From Paraspadella gotoi (Eukaryota; Animalia; Chaetognatha), in contig CM119267.1 of the NCBI GenBank assembly GCA_051294375.1, positions 367,523 through 431,522 on the forward strand: a DNA stretch of 64,000 bases. The letters run 5' to 3'. The notes under the pieces were generated by a model that saw only the letters and a list, made by a program, of their open reading frames with translations, made no database searches and was not told the DNA's origin. Shown piece by piece: positions 53,685-64,000 of the stretch (the first letter of the stretch is position 1; the number at the start of each line of letters is the position of its first letter). Made by a program: the position numbers and the translations under genes.

Positions 53685-54830
53685 AGAGGAGCGTCAAACG
53701 ACGCCACGAAAATAAAATAAACATTTTCTTGATTAAAATTCGAAAATTAGTTGGTAAAGAAAAATCGCGACTAAAAAAAATAGCGAATTAATTAAACAAA
53801 AAAACTATCTCTCTCTCCTCTCGTCTCTCTCTCTTCTCTCATCCATGACCAATTGTTATTTTCTCACGCCACATCTTTCACAATCGTCCTCCTTCAAATC
53901 AAGAAACTGGTGAAGTCACCACAACAACACAACAACGACGAACAACGCTTAACGCGTGAATGGATTCACGAGTTGTGAAGAATGAAATGGATTCACGAGC
54001 GTGACCTTGAGATGCGCATTGGTCACTTCGTCACTCACCCTAAATACGAAAGGAATTCGTCACGTGACTGTCTACGAATCCCTTATCCTGGAGTCTCGAC
54101 TCTCCGCCGCAGCGCAGGAAAGCAGCGGCAGAAATGCTGCATTTCCTGCCAACTTCTCGTAAACATAGAAACGAAATTGATACAATACAATAAAATTATC
54201 CATTCAGTTAATATATTAGCTATCAGGCCCCTGACTTTGGACAGGCTTTCTTGTTTAAGACCTCCATCACAGTTCACATAGCAGTTCCTTGCCAAACTTT
54301 CCAATCAAGACTCTCTCTCTCGTCTCGTTTATTTACTCCCAAAGTACCTGGTTTCCCTATCAATGAAGTAGGATGTTTATTTTTTTTTAATAACCCGTTT
54401 ATATAGTTGTAAATATATTTCGCCTCATGTAGCGCTTTCCCTTTTTTGTTCAATATTTTTAACGGCCATTTTTACCCTTAATATCCGAGTGAATTTGAGT
54501 TAATTTCAGTCGTACTTATTATAAAGTACGAGAGTTTCGAGGATCTCTATAAAGAATTAAAACGTTTTAACCTTTAGTAAAGGCTTTACTATACGATTTT
54601 CCTTGGCGACTCACGTTGAGACGATTCGTTACGGGCGAAACATCAGACGCTCGTCCGCGCTCGCATGAGAATAAGCGACAATTCTCACTGGATAAACGAT
54701 TCCTCGCTTGCGATACGACGTCTACGAAACAATTTAATCCTATGCTTAACACTTCTCGTANNNNNNNNNNNNNNNNNNNNNNNNNATTAACGAACAAACG
54801 AACGAACAAACGAACGAACGAACGAACGAA
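50661..54830. repeat. ~4.2-kb tandem segmental duplication, copy 2
   Basis: Near-identical to 46337-50650; differences are mostly 1-nt indels. Confidence 0.95.
54192..54375 (-). mobile_element. Family C repeat (duplicate of the 50056 copy)
   Basis: Same sequence, lying within duplication copy 2. Confidence 0.7.
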
Positions 54831-55059
54831 CCCCTTTCAAATAGACATGCCACTCGATCAAATTGCGGATTTTATAAACCATGGTTCCCGATAGATCACT
54901 CCCTTAAGTATTAGATCGGGGAATACCATATTGTCCTCCGCTCTCTCATAACTGACATATAGGCTTTCGGTCCATTAATAATAATTAATAATAATAATGT
55001 AATGTTTCGAATCAGCGAGGGTAGCTAACCAACCTTAACAACTCATGCGACATATGAAT

Positions 55060-55330
55060 GAAGGAAAGAATTGAAAGGATTTTTTTTTAAATTAGTTATG
55101 TTTTCTTTTATCTACTTTTGACGAGGAATTAAAATCTGTTAAAATTAATTAAAAGTTCATTTTGAAATTTTAGGATTTCTTAAGGATAGTACTATATATA
55201 AATTTAGCCTAATGTGAAAATTAAAAAAATATAAAATTATTTTTTTTTTTATAAATTAATGTTTACTGGTTGTACGTTGTTCATAATTAACAATTAGAAT
55301 TTTCATAAGTGACTATCACTACGCTCTTAT
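55060..55330. mobile_element. Half copy (right arm) of the 34992-35603 MITE
   Basis: CTTTTGACGAGGAATT, TAAGGATAGTACTATATATAAAT and TCACTACGC match 35390-35600. Confidence 0.7.
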
Positions 55331-55475
55331 TCATAAGTATGAACACTTTAGCTAACTTTTTTTTTTAAATCTTAATTCGTCTCGATTCACTACTAAATGC
55401 GCCGCCTTTAAATTTTTTCTTTTCACGAAAATTATAAATGAAAAGATTTTCTTTAATTCCAGGCAGACGTCTCCA

Positions 55476-55599
55476 ATGATGGAATGGACAAAAGGAGTTT
55501 TAATCCTCATTTCGCTTTCTTCATTTTACTTCATCTCTAATCATTTCTTAACTGGAGGACTTCCACGGCCTGGAATGTATTGCGTTACAAATTTCATAG
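55476..55599 (+). CDS. STELLO-like glycosyltransferase exon 1 (signal-anchor)
   Basis: MMEWTKGVLILISLSSFYFISNHF hydrophobic N-terminus; AG|GTAAAT donor; acceptor-like TTCCAG at 55462 suggests a further upstream exon. Confidence 0.6.
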
Positions 55600-55732
55600 G
55601 TAAATAAAGGATTTTGATACAATGAAGGATTAAATAAAAATAATTAGAATTACTTTTATTAATATTAATATTAATAAATAAAACTTATCTAATAAAACCA
55701 CTCGAAAGAATATTTCTTTTTTTTTATTTCAG

Positions 55733-55901
55733 CCGAGAAATCTCCAGGTTCCGTCTCGTCGGCCGTCTCCGCCACTGAATTTGCCGGAAACAAAGTCCGA
55801 GATTTCCCAGCGAATCGCCGAGTCTTCGCCGACGGAATTTATCGGCGAAAAAGATGCGCCGGAAATTTTGGGCGGAGAGAGAATCTTGCAAAGGAGACGG
55901 A
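55733..55901 (+). CDS. STELLO-like glycosyltransferase exon 2
   Basis: TTTCAG acceptor, open frame AEKSPGSVSS..FAGNKVRDF, GTAAG donor; phases are compatible with the flanking exons. Confidence 0.65.
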
Positions 55902-55974
55902 GTAAGATTATATTGGTTGTACCATTTTCATTTATTTAATTGTGTAAATCAATTAGTCAAGATTATTTTCTTAC

Positions 55975-56021
<47 letters not shown>

Positions 56022-56041
56022 TCGCTCACGCCCTCTCACAG

Positions 56042-56165
56042 CCCCTGCAGTGATAATTGGGCGGTTGTGACAACCATCTTTACTCCGCCTTCTGAATCCG
56101 TGAGACGATTTCTCTTCTCTACTGATTGGTGCGTCGTCGTCGTTGGCGACGCTGGAGGGCCAGAG
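56042..56165 (+). CDS. STELLO-like glycosyltransferase exon 3
   Basis: NWAVVTTIF.PPSESVRRF..WCVVVVGD; CAG acceptor and GTAAGC donor. Confidence 0.85.
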
Positions 56166-56230
56166 GTAAGCAGTCGTCGTTGATTGGTCATGGTCAATCA
56201 AGATCTGTGCTTGGTAGCCTTGGTCATTTG

Positions 56231-56261
<31 letters not shown>

Positions 56262-56378
56262 AAATAACAACAAAAGCAAAAAATGTCGTAGGTTAACAAC
56301 GTTGACATTATGAAACAATCTAGTGACTAATTCAATCATACTTGTTTTTATTTAACTTATTTATTTTAACCTTTTAAG

Positions 56379-56503
56379 GATTATTACTTCAATTCTACTC
56401 TCGGTTCTAACATCGTATTTCTCTCCGCCAAATCTCAATCGAAAATAAACAACGCATTCGTCGACGCATTGCCATGGAGAAGTTTCGGACGCAAAAACGT
56501 CGG
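56379..56503 (+). CDS. STELLO-like glycosyltransferase exon 4
   Basis: DYYFNSTLGSNIVFLSAKSQ..LPWRSFGRKNVG. Confidence 0.85.
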
Positions 56504-56666
56504 GTACGTAGATGGCGCTGCATCGCTTCGTCCCCGCTAGCCCAACCTTCATATCATTATTACAAGATCGCTGGTTCGATCCCAACGCCCAAGATCACTT
56601 TCGTTTCTCATTAATATACCTCATCCCCATTACTGCCATTAGTGCATAATTTATCATTTTATTTCT

Positions 56667-57010
56667 AGTTGCGCCGCGAAAACTCGTGGAGCAACTCTAT
56701 TAGTCACTTTTTGGTCGGTCTGTATGTCTGTCCGTCAGTCTGTCTCACTTAAAAATGCTCATAATTCGCCTATATTTGGTTGCTCTTATGTTAAGACAGA
56801 AATAAAACCTCAAATCTAAATGACTGCTAGCGCCGCCTTCAGGAAATCCTAAAACTAAAAAGAATAAAAGATGAAATTCCGATTCAGAGAGTGTCATAAA
56901 TGCACGGGCTAAGAAAGTCATTGTAGTCATGTCGTGTCATTTCATGTTGTCATGTGATCACACGTGAAGATAAAGTCACTGCGGCGCAAGACCTTGAATG
57001 AACCGATTTT
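56667..57010 (+). mobile_element. DINE-1/HINE-like element, family H1, in intron 4
   Basis: GTTGCGCCGCG..GGAGCAAC 5' hairpin, GTCY repeat, 3' GCGGCGCAA. Confidence 0.7.
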
Positions 57011-57048
57011 TATTACAAGATTTTCACTTTGGTATTACAATCAAACAG

Positions 57049-57182
57049 GTATTTGTACGCGATCGCTCGTGGCGCCAAAATCATTTGGGATTTTGACGAT
57101 GACAATTTGTTAAAGTTCTGGATGGAAGGGGCAGCGCCCGACCCTAATTTGGACCTACGAACTTACCTCCGCCAACCAGAGA
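57049..57182 (+). CDS. STELLO-like glycosyltransferase exon 5 (DxD motif)
   Basis: (G)YLYAIARGAKIIWDFDDDN; GTGAGT donor. Confidence 0.9.
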
Positions 57183-57442
57183 GTGAGTGGCACTTTTGTC
57201 AGAAAGCGACCAATTTCTGTTACTAAATCTTGAACTTGATTTTTGAATAATTAATTTTTACTTAATTATTAAGCTTAATCCTTAACCCTTAATTTTTAAT
57301 TAATACTTAATTCTAATCGCTAATCCTTAACTTTATCTTTGAACCCCATATCTTAATCTTTAAATGTATTCTTTAATAAAATACTGAACAAAATCATTCA
57401 CCTAACCTTAAACATTTATTTAACTTTTATCGTTAATTTTAT

Positions 57443-57683
57443 GTGGATAAGGCACAAACTGGGCTGAAGATTATTATCCGTATCTTCTGTGCCTCTTGTA
57501 GCAGCCATAAAACGGATCCTGGGCTTGGAACCAGGCTTGAAGGTTTTCCAAGCCCTCAAAATGATTTATGTAAAAGATCCTGTCCTCACGCTTTCCGCAG
57601 GTTAGGTAGCGGGTTGGGATTGAACCCGGTACTTAGCGTCATGAGCTGATGGCTTTATTCAATGAGCCACCGGATCACGACTG
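57443..57683 (-). mobile_element. Family A SINE-like element with clearest tRNA head; twister-like region 57512-57598
   Basis: Minus strand GGTGGCTCATTG (A box), CTCATGA (CAT anticodon-like), GGGTTCAATCCC (B box); GCGT-GAGGA...CCTGG-TTCCAAGC-CCAGG-AT-CCGT. Confidence 0.8.
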
Positions 57684-57893
57684 TTTATAAGCAGGGTATG
57701 GTGGACTAAAATCCACCAACCGTTCATCAGCGGCCATTGGTGCCGGAAGCAAGTCATTCGCCTCCCAACCCAAAGGTCCGGGGTTCTAGCCCGGTGGCCG
57801 ACTAGCAGTTAAGAGGGACAGGGCGCTTAACCCGCCTGTAACACGGTGTTACAGCCTGATCCGAAGCTCAGGGACTGTTTATATTGAACGGTT
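57684..57893 (+). mobile_element. Family B element: tRNA-Gly-like head plus twister-like ribozyme
   Basis: CGGCCA/TGGCCG acceptor-like stem (57731-57800), TCGCCTCCCA anticodon arm, CCGGG-GTTCTAG-CCCGG T-arm, with the twister immediately 3'. Single copy in the window. Confidence 0.65.
57804..57879 (+). ncRNA. Type-P5 twister ribozyme with palindromic P1 (one T1 mismatch)
   Basis: P5 AGCAGT/ACTGTT; P2 GAGG/CCC; L1 GACAG; P1 GGCGCT; TAA 57828-30; T2 GC/GC; P3 CTGTAAC/GTTACAG; P4 CCTGA/TCAGG; L4 TCCGAAGC. Confidence 0.72.
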
Positions 57894-57999
57894 CTGTCAC
57901 TAACACATAACAATTATCACTGTCTTTTCAAGGGTAAACTTATGCAATACCCAACTACACTTATTCTTTTTATCTAAAATTAAAAACTTGATTCTAAAT

Positions 58000-58183
58000 T
58001 TGGAGTTGGAGCTGCCGGAGCTGGCATATTTGACTGGAGCTGGAGCTGGAGCTGAATTTATTTTCTTACTGGAGCTGGTGCTGAGATTATATCTTGGCCG
58101 GAGCTGGAGCTGAAAAATTTTTTTGGTCGGAGCTGGAGTTTGAGCTGGAGCTGGAGAAAAAATGGCCAGCTCCACAACCCTGG
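58000..58183. repeat. (GGAGCT)n-rich MITE-like fragment
   Basis: Clusters of GGAGCT hexamers ending GCTCCACAACCCTGG. Confidence 0.55.
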
Positions 58184-58324
58184 ATTAAAGATTAAGTTAT
58201 AACTTTAATATAAGTTTTAAAATATGTTTAGGTTTAATTTTAAAGTTAAAATTAAACTCTGAGATAAACAGAATAGAGAGCCGCTTCTTTTGCCCAAGGT
58301 AAGTAAGTACTTGTTTTATCACAG

Positions 58325-58618
58325 AGCTTGGAATCGTAGAACCCGTTCTAAACGAGTCGACTCCAGCATTCAATCCTTACCCTCTCTTGGGCGCGCCTGA
58401 CTTACCTTCCTGGCCACGAGGGTTTCCTCTCAACCTCGTTCTCAAAAATTCCACCTGGGATCTCAAACTGAAACCGACGGAAAATGAAGTCAAATTCGGC
58501 GTCTTGCAATCTCTTGCAGATGTGCAGCCAGACGTTGATGCAGTCTATAGACTCACGAAAACAACGCCTTTTCTATTTCAACGACCAATTGCAAGGGCAG
58601 CGGCGCCTCCTTTTCAAG
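58325..58618 (+). CDS. STELLO-like glycosyltransferase exon 6
   Basis: FNPYPLLG..SWPRGFPL..GVLQSLADVQPDVDAVYRL. Confidence 0.9.
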
Positions 58619-58696
58619 GTTGGTGTCTTCATTTATTGTTGCAAACTTGGCAGACGGAATAATATTGTTACTTTATTATTTAATTTATGAAATTGG

Positions 58697-58846
58697 TATA
58701 ACCATTCATTCAATAAATAAGCTATATTACCCCTGACTCTGGACAGGCTACCATCACTTTTACAAGATAATGACGAAGTAGGTCTCTTTAACCTTTCAAT
58801 CAAGACTCTCTCAGTCTTTTATATTCACTTCCAGAGTACCTGGCTT
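58697..58846 (-). mobile_element. Family C repeat lacking the P1-UAA-P2 segment, in intron 6
   Basis: Minus strand TATCTTG-TAA-AAGT-GATGG-TAG-CCTG-TCCAGAGT-CAGG. Confidence 0.65.
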
Positions 58847-59025
58847 CTATGTTTTTGTTTACTTTAATTTCCTGAAGGCCACAATTTTTCAGGGTGAATT
58901 CAAATCATAACGAATTTTGAAACGTTTTAAAAAAGGCAATCTGTTTTTACATAATTTTTTTTTAAATGATTTCTAATAAGTGTTATTGTTTTTAATAGCT
59001 TTTATGTAATTTCTTTCCATTGCAG

Positions 59026-60860
59026 ACGCCAATTATTCCTTCAAACCAAAACCAATCTTACGAGTCCCGTCCACTCACGTCTCGCCCTACAACGCTCAAG
59101 CTACTCTTCATTTCTACGACTCTTTTTGGTCACTCTATCTCCCCGTGACGGTCCACGGACGCGTCTCCGATATCTGGAGGTCGTACGCCGCTCAGGCGCT
59201 CTTCCCTCGAGTCAATCTGTCCGTGGGATTCCTGCCACGCCCATTGGTCGTACAAGATCGCAATCCTCATTCGTACTTGGCGGACATGAAGGCGGAGACG
59301 GCTCTGTACGAACGAAGCTCCGCGTTGATGGAACGGGTCGTCAAGAAGTACGTGCGAGGATCGGAAAGGGACGGAGATTTTTTGCGGGCGATCGAATCGC
59401 TTTGGATCGATCTTTACGAACGAGGGTACGTGGAGATAGAGGACGTTTTCTTGGCGCAAAATTGGATCGAGGCTTTAGCCTCGATCGGATATCGATTCCC
59501 GGACGAAATCGAAAATTCCATTTGCGAAAATCGAAATAAAGATTTGATCGAGAAAATAATTTCAAGCGGAGAAACGATGAACAAAAGAGCATCGATGTTT
59601 TTAAAACGCAAATTGTCGGCTAAGATTCAACCGCCACATAATCTGACCTTCGCCACGGCCGACATCCACGAGGGAACGAGGACACACATGGCCGCCACTG
59701 TGTCGGCAATGGGAGAGAATATCCTCCTCATGGGATTTCAGAAAAAATTGAAAAATTATCCTCAAGTTAATAAATTTCCCGGAGTTTCGACGCTGGACGA
59801 GGTTTCGCCCGTGCTCGACAAGTACCGAGACCACACTACCAAGCAGCTTCCCGATTGGGCCAAAGACAATCACGACTTTTACAAGCACAACGCGAAGGTG
59901 CAAAGCGTGGACGCGTTTCTCTGCACTTTTCCTGCATCCGAATGTCTCGTTTGGATTCCGTTCGATCGCTCCGTGGTCTTTTATCCAGTTCATCGATACA
60001 ATTTGGGTCGTTGTACTTTGGACGAGTGGAGATCATTAGATCGTCGATTGAAGATCTGGTCGCGAGACCAACGAAACGTCATCGCGGCCTCCAATCGCTA
60101 CGATGTCGAGTACATGAAATATTACACGGGGATCGAGCCGATCCTGGCGCCAACTTTCGGCGGATATCATCTGCAAAACTTAAAATCGCGTGAAACGAGC
60201 GATCGAATTTTAATCTTCACTTTTCACGGACGAAGATCGTCGTTCGTGGATCGAGTCCAATCCTTTCTGCGACCGGAAATAAACTGTCGCCTCGTCAAAG
60301 ATTCTCACCAAACAAAAGATTTTGAGATGGAGAGTCTTTCCGGGTGCAGAGCCATCGTCTATATGCCTTACTCGGTCTTTTCCTTCAGAATCTCGGAACT
60401 CTACGCGTCTTGCGTTCCTCTCTTTTTCCCTTCGCCGAAATTCCTTTTGAATCGATGGTTCTTCGAACCTCACGGAGGCAAAAAGACGGGAGGCATCGGA
60501 TTCGACAGGCAGATGGTAAACTTTCCGTATTGCAAGGACAGTCCGGGTCTCGAAGCCGCGACTCGACCGACCGTACAAGACGGACTCAGTCATCACACGT
60601 ACAGTCCCAATCTAAATATGGACGAGGATGCTGAAGCGGAAATGTATTGGATGCAGTACGCGGATTGGTACGAAATGCCGCACGTGCGACTCTTCGACGA
60701 TTTGCAGCATTTGAAAAAGTTGCTGTTGACGACGAATTTCGATGAGATTCGTCGAGGGATGCGGCGGGAAGTTGCTGTAAAGGAAATGGTGGGGAGAGAA
60801 GCTTGGGCAGAGATTATAAGGAGAGTTGGGGATGGAAAGAGAAGGCGGGAAGTTATTTAG
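59026..60860 (+). CDS. STELLO-like glycosyltransferase exon 7: end of STELLO domain plus C-terminal GT-like domain
   Basis: TTGCAG acceptor; PYNAQATLH..FWSLYLPVTVHGRVSDIWRSY..QDRNPHSYLAD..E; then DAFLCTFPA..HRYNLGR..AIVYMPYSVFSF..ELYA..VPLFFPS; TAG stop at 60860. Confidence 0.9.
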
Positions 60861-61238
60861 ACTAATGTATGAATAGTTTAGTATTTATTACAATGTCATA
60901 AGGTTGCTAATTTATTTCTCTCTCTCTCTCTCTCTCTCTCTTTATTTTTCTGTGAGCTCCACTCTCCGTTCGTCCGTTCGAAACCATCTGCACAGCAGTA
61001 TACCATACATTTGTTAATTTTTATCTTTAACATTTTTTTATATTTTCCTAATAAAAATACAAATGAAAATTTATCTGTCGTATTCTATGTTTTCAGTTTT
61101 ATGTTCAATATTTAAAAAATACCATAGATATTAATAAAAGCAAATCACTTCGTTGAAAGAGAGAGAGATGATTTGTGAGAGAGAGAGGAGAAGGAGAGTG
61201 AGAGACGAGAGGAGGAGAGTGTGAGGAGAGAGAAGAGA

Positions 61239-61302
<64 letters not shown>

Positions 61303-61835
61303 GAGGAGGCATGAAAGTCAAGCGAAAAGTCAAAATAAATATTAGACAAATAAATATAACAGCGATAAGGAAAAAACTGCTCTTGCGTGAAGGATCACAT
61401 CGCATCTCGCTCTCTATCTCTCTCGAGCTCTCTCTCTCGCTCTCTCTTTCTCTCTTCGAATAACGATAAAATCCTTTCAATCACCCATGACAGCTTCTCT
61501 TTCCCTCTCCCTCTCCCTCCCTCCTCCCCTCTCTCTTTCCCTTTCCCTCTCTCCCTTTTTCTTTCTATCCTTCCCTCTCCCTCTCTGTCCATTTTTCCCT
61601 CTCCTTCTCTCTCTCTCCCTCTCCCTCTCTCTCTCTCTCCCTTCCTCGTCAGGATTCTGACTTCAGATGAGATTTCGTTTTGTCACTCAAATTCGTCAAC
61701 CAGAACAAATGATCTTTTGACCACCAAACCTTTTTTTTTTCGTTTTGCCCACCCACCCCCTCAATTTAAATCTCTTTGACCACCTAACCATTAAGGTCAC
61801 TCTGACCATACATCCATTTACTCGACGACCAAAAA

Positions 61836-61946
61836 CTTTTTGACCACAAAACCTTTTTGTCTCTTTTGACCACAAAACCTTTTTGTCTCTTTTGACCACA
61901 TAACCTTTTTGTCTCTTTTGACCACAAAACCTTTCTCTTTTGACCA
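61836..61946. repeat. 26-bp tandem repeat, ~4 copies
   Basis: TGACCACAAAACCTTTTTGTCTCTTT units. Confidence 0.8.
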
Positions 61947-62837
61947 CTCAATCCTCTTAAATAGACGTCGTCTACTTCATCCCTATCTTTGTCTTTGACC
62001 ACAAAACTTTCCTCATATCCACCAAACTGTGGTGTTTCAAAGCGTCTCACCAGTGTTCTCCTTTTTTTCTTCTCACCCCTGCGTCCCGGGTTCAATCCCC
62101 GAATATCCCGTTTCTCCTTCAAAATGTGACGGGACCGTTTGAAACTGACCAGTGACCAATGACAGGAGACGGTCGCAAAGGGTCCACGGCTTCGACGCCA
62201 GCGAGAAGCCCGGCGCCCATGCGATCTCACTGTTGTCATAAAACTTCCATTTTCATTTTGACCTCTGTTCCTTTTTTTGACCCATAAAACAGTCTCGATC
62301 TGTTGTGATCACAAAATCCCCTCTTCCTTTCCCTACCGCCTGCCACTCTTATAGTTATACATTTTAAAAACCCTTATACATTTTAAAAACCCCAGGAAAA
62401 ATCATTATTTTATAAAACTCTTTCTTCTGACATTAAGTTGATCAATTAATCCTTCCTTTTTGTTTTTGGCTTCAGTTCGAATAACACAAACTCACTCATT
62501 CTAATTTTAACAAATAATTTTGGAAATTGGCATTGTACGATTGCTGATAATATTGTCATAGAGTTCTTTTTACAAATCCTGTTTTGTTCTGTTCTGTTTT
62601 GTTCTGTTCTGTTCTGCTCTGTTCATTAGTCACTTACGACTTAGGTAGGTAACGCTCAATCTCGGGATTTCGCTCTATCGAGAAATCTAAAAAAATGTAG
62701 TGAGATTGTAGTGATAAATTATGACAGATATCACTGATAAAACTACAACCATCTCACAAAAATTAAATTTGTCTTTGATAAATTCTGTCATATCAACATT
62801 TTATCATTGTTAAATTCTGTCATTTTGACATCATTTC

Positions 62838-63263
62838 ATGCAAAATGCAAAATGCCATCCGCGGACTTTTCTTGAAGCAGAATTCAAAATGACAAATGCC
62901 ACCCGCTTCCTATTCTTGGAGCAGAACGCAAACTGGCAAATGCCATCCGCTGCCTTTCCATGGTGCAAAAAGTCAACTGGCAAATGCCATCCGCTGCCTT
63001 TTCTTGGAGCAGAAAGCAATCTGGAAAATGCCACCCACTGCCTTTTCTTGGAGCAGAATTCAAAAAGGCAAATGCCACCCGCTTCCTTTTCTTGGAGCAG
63101 AATTCAAGCTTGCAAATGCCATCTGCTGCCTTTTCATGGTGCAAAAAGCCAACTGGCAAATGCCATCTGCTGCCTTTTCTTGGAGCAGAAAGCAAACTGA
63201 AAAATGCCACCCGCTGCCTTTTCTTGAAGCAGAATGCAAAATGGCAAATACCACCCGCCGCCT
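62838..63263. repeat. 44-bp tandem satellite, ~10 copies
   Basis: AATGCC recurs at exact 44-bp spacing (62851, 62895, 62939 ... 63203; AATACC variant at 63247). Confidence 0.9.
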
Positions 63264-63351
63264 CAGAGAAAAGCGTTGAAGAGCAAAAGTTCAACGAGGA
63301 AGAAGTTGATCTGTATTCCAGACGGAAAGAGAATACACGCCTTCAGGAGAA

Positions 63352-63412
<61 letters not shown>

Positions 63413-63413
63413 A

Positions 63414-63462
<49 letters not shown>

Positions 63463-63853
63463 AGAGAGAGAGAGAGAGAGAAAGAGAGCCTTTGTCTTGT
63501 CTTTCTTCTCTTTTTTTCTTTCTTTCTTTCTTTTCTTTCTTTCTTTTTTCTTTTTTCTTTCTTTCTTTCTTTCTTCTTTCTTTCTTTTTCCCCCTTTTTT
63601 TCTTTCTGTCTGTCTCTCTCTCTCTGTCTGTCTCTCTCTTTCTTTATATCTATTTCTCTCTCTCTCTCTCTCTCTCTTTGATCAATCCAGGGTGGAACAA
63701 ATGCTGATTTACGTTGTATCGCCATCTGTTGCACCTGTGCTCTATGGCATCTGTCGCCGTTTGTGGGTTCCCACTCTCTTTAGCCCTCTCGATTTTCTTG
63801 TTCTCTCTCTCTTTTTCTCTCTATCTCTCTCTCTTTCTGTCTCTCTCTATCTC

Positions 63854-63908
<55 letters not shown>

Positions 63909-64000
63909 CTTGAAACACTCTTTTTTTTGTCATGGTTTCTCTCGTTCTCAAAGTCACAAATTTTACGTCTCATTTCCTTTAACGCGTCGAAGGAAAAAAC

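Noticed and set aside
57724-57730. CTGATGA on the minus strand followed by a hairpin (possible hammerhead)
   Set aside because: No GAAA or stem III after the hairpin.
57731-57800. Functional tRNA gene (also the family A heads)
   Set aside because: D arm and anticodon stem do not pair canonically; treated as tRNA-derived heads.
58272-58298. Micro-exon with strong GTAAGT donor
   Set aside because: Gives an in-frame TAG and leaves only a 26-nt intron; exons 5 and 6 join in frame without it.
62084-62101. Isolated B-box GGGTTCAATCCC
   Set aside because: No A-box or cloverleaf upstream.

Overview
Eukaryotic, almost certainly animal, genomic DNA. It is AT-rich and full of (GA)n/(GAC)n microsatellites and N-runs, and shows signs of uncorrected indel errors. 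Two spliced host genes are present. One is a Vasa/DDX4-like DEAD-box helicase with three CCHC knuckles (minus strand, 4 exons, ~40.0-45.5 kb). The other is a STELLO-like glycosyltransferase fused to a second GT-like domain (plus strand, 7 coding exons, 55.5-60.9 kb). Between them is a ~4.3 kb tandem duplication. Other repeats include a frameshifted LINE, a frameshifted Gypsy pol followed by an antisense spliced ORF, two DINE-1/HINE-like families, a palindromic MITE and several satellites. The main discovery is at least three dispersed-repeat families, unrelated in sequence and two with tRNA-derived heads. All three carry the same type-P5 twister-ribozyme architecture, with P1 reduced to a 6-nt palindrome (CGGCCG / GGCGCT / AGGCCT) and compensatory changes in both pseudoknots. 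The copy at 25449-25511 looks essentially intact. There is also a Penelope-type minimal hammerhead core inside an 82-bp-arm hairpin, and a 40-bp minisatellite that has amplified the vasa exon-1 splice donor about 19 times. All calls are by eye; no searches or folding programs were run.
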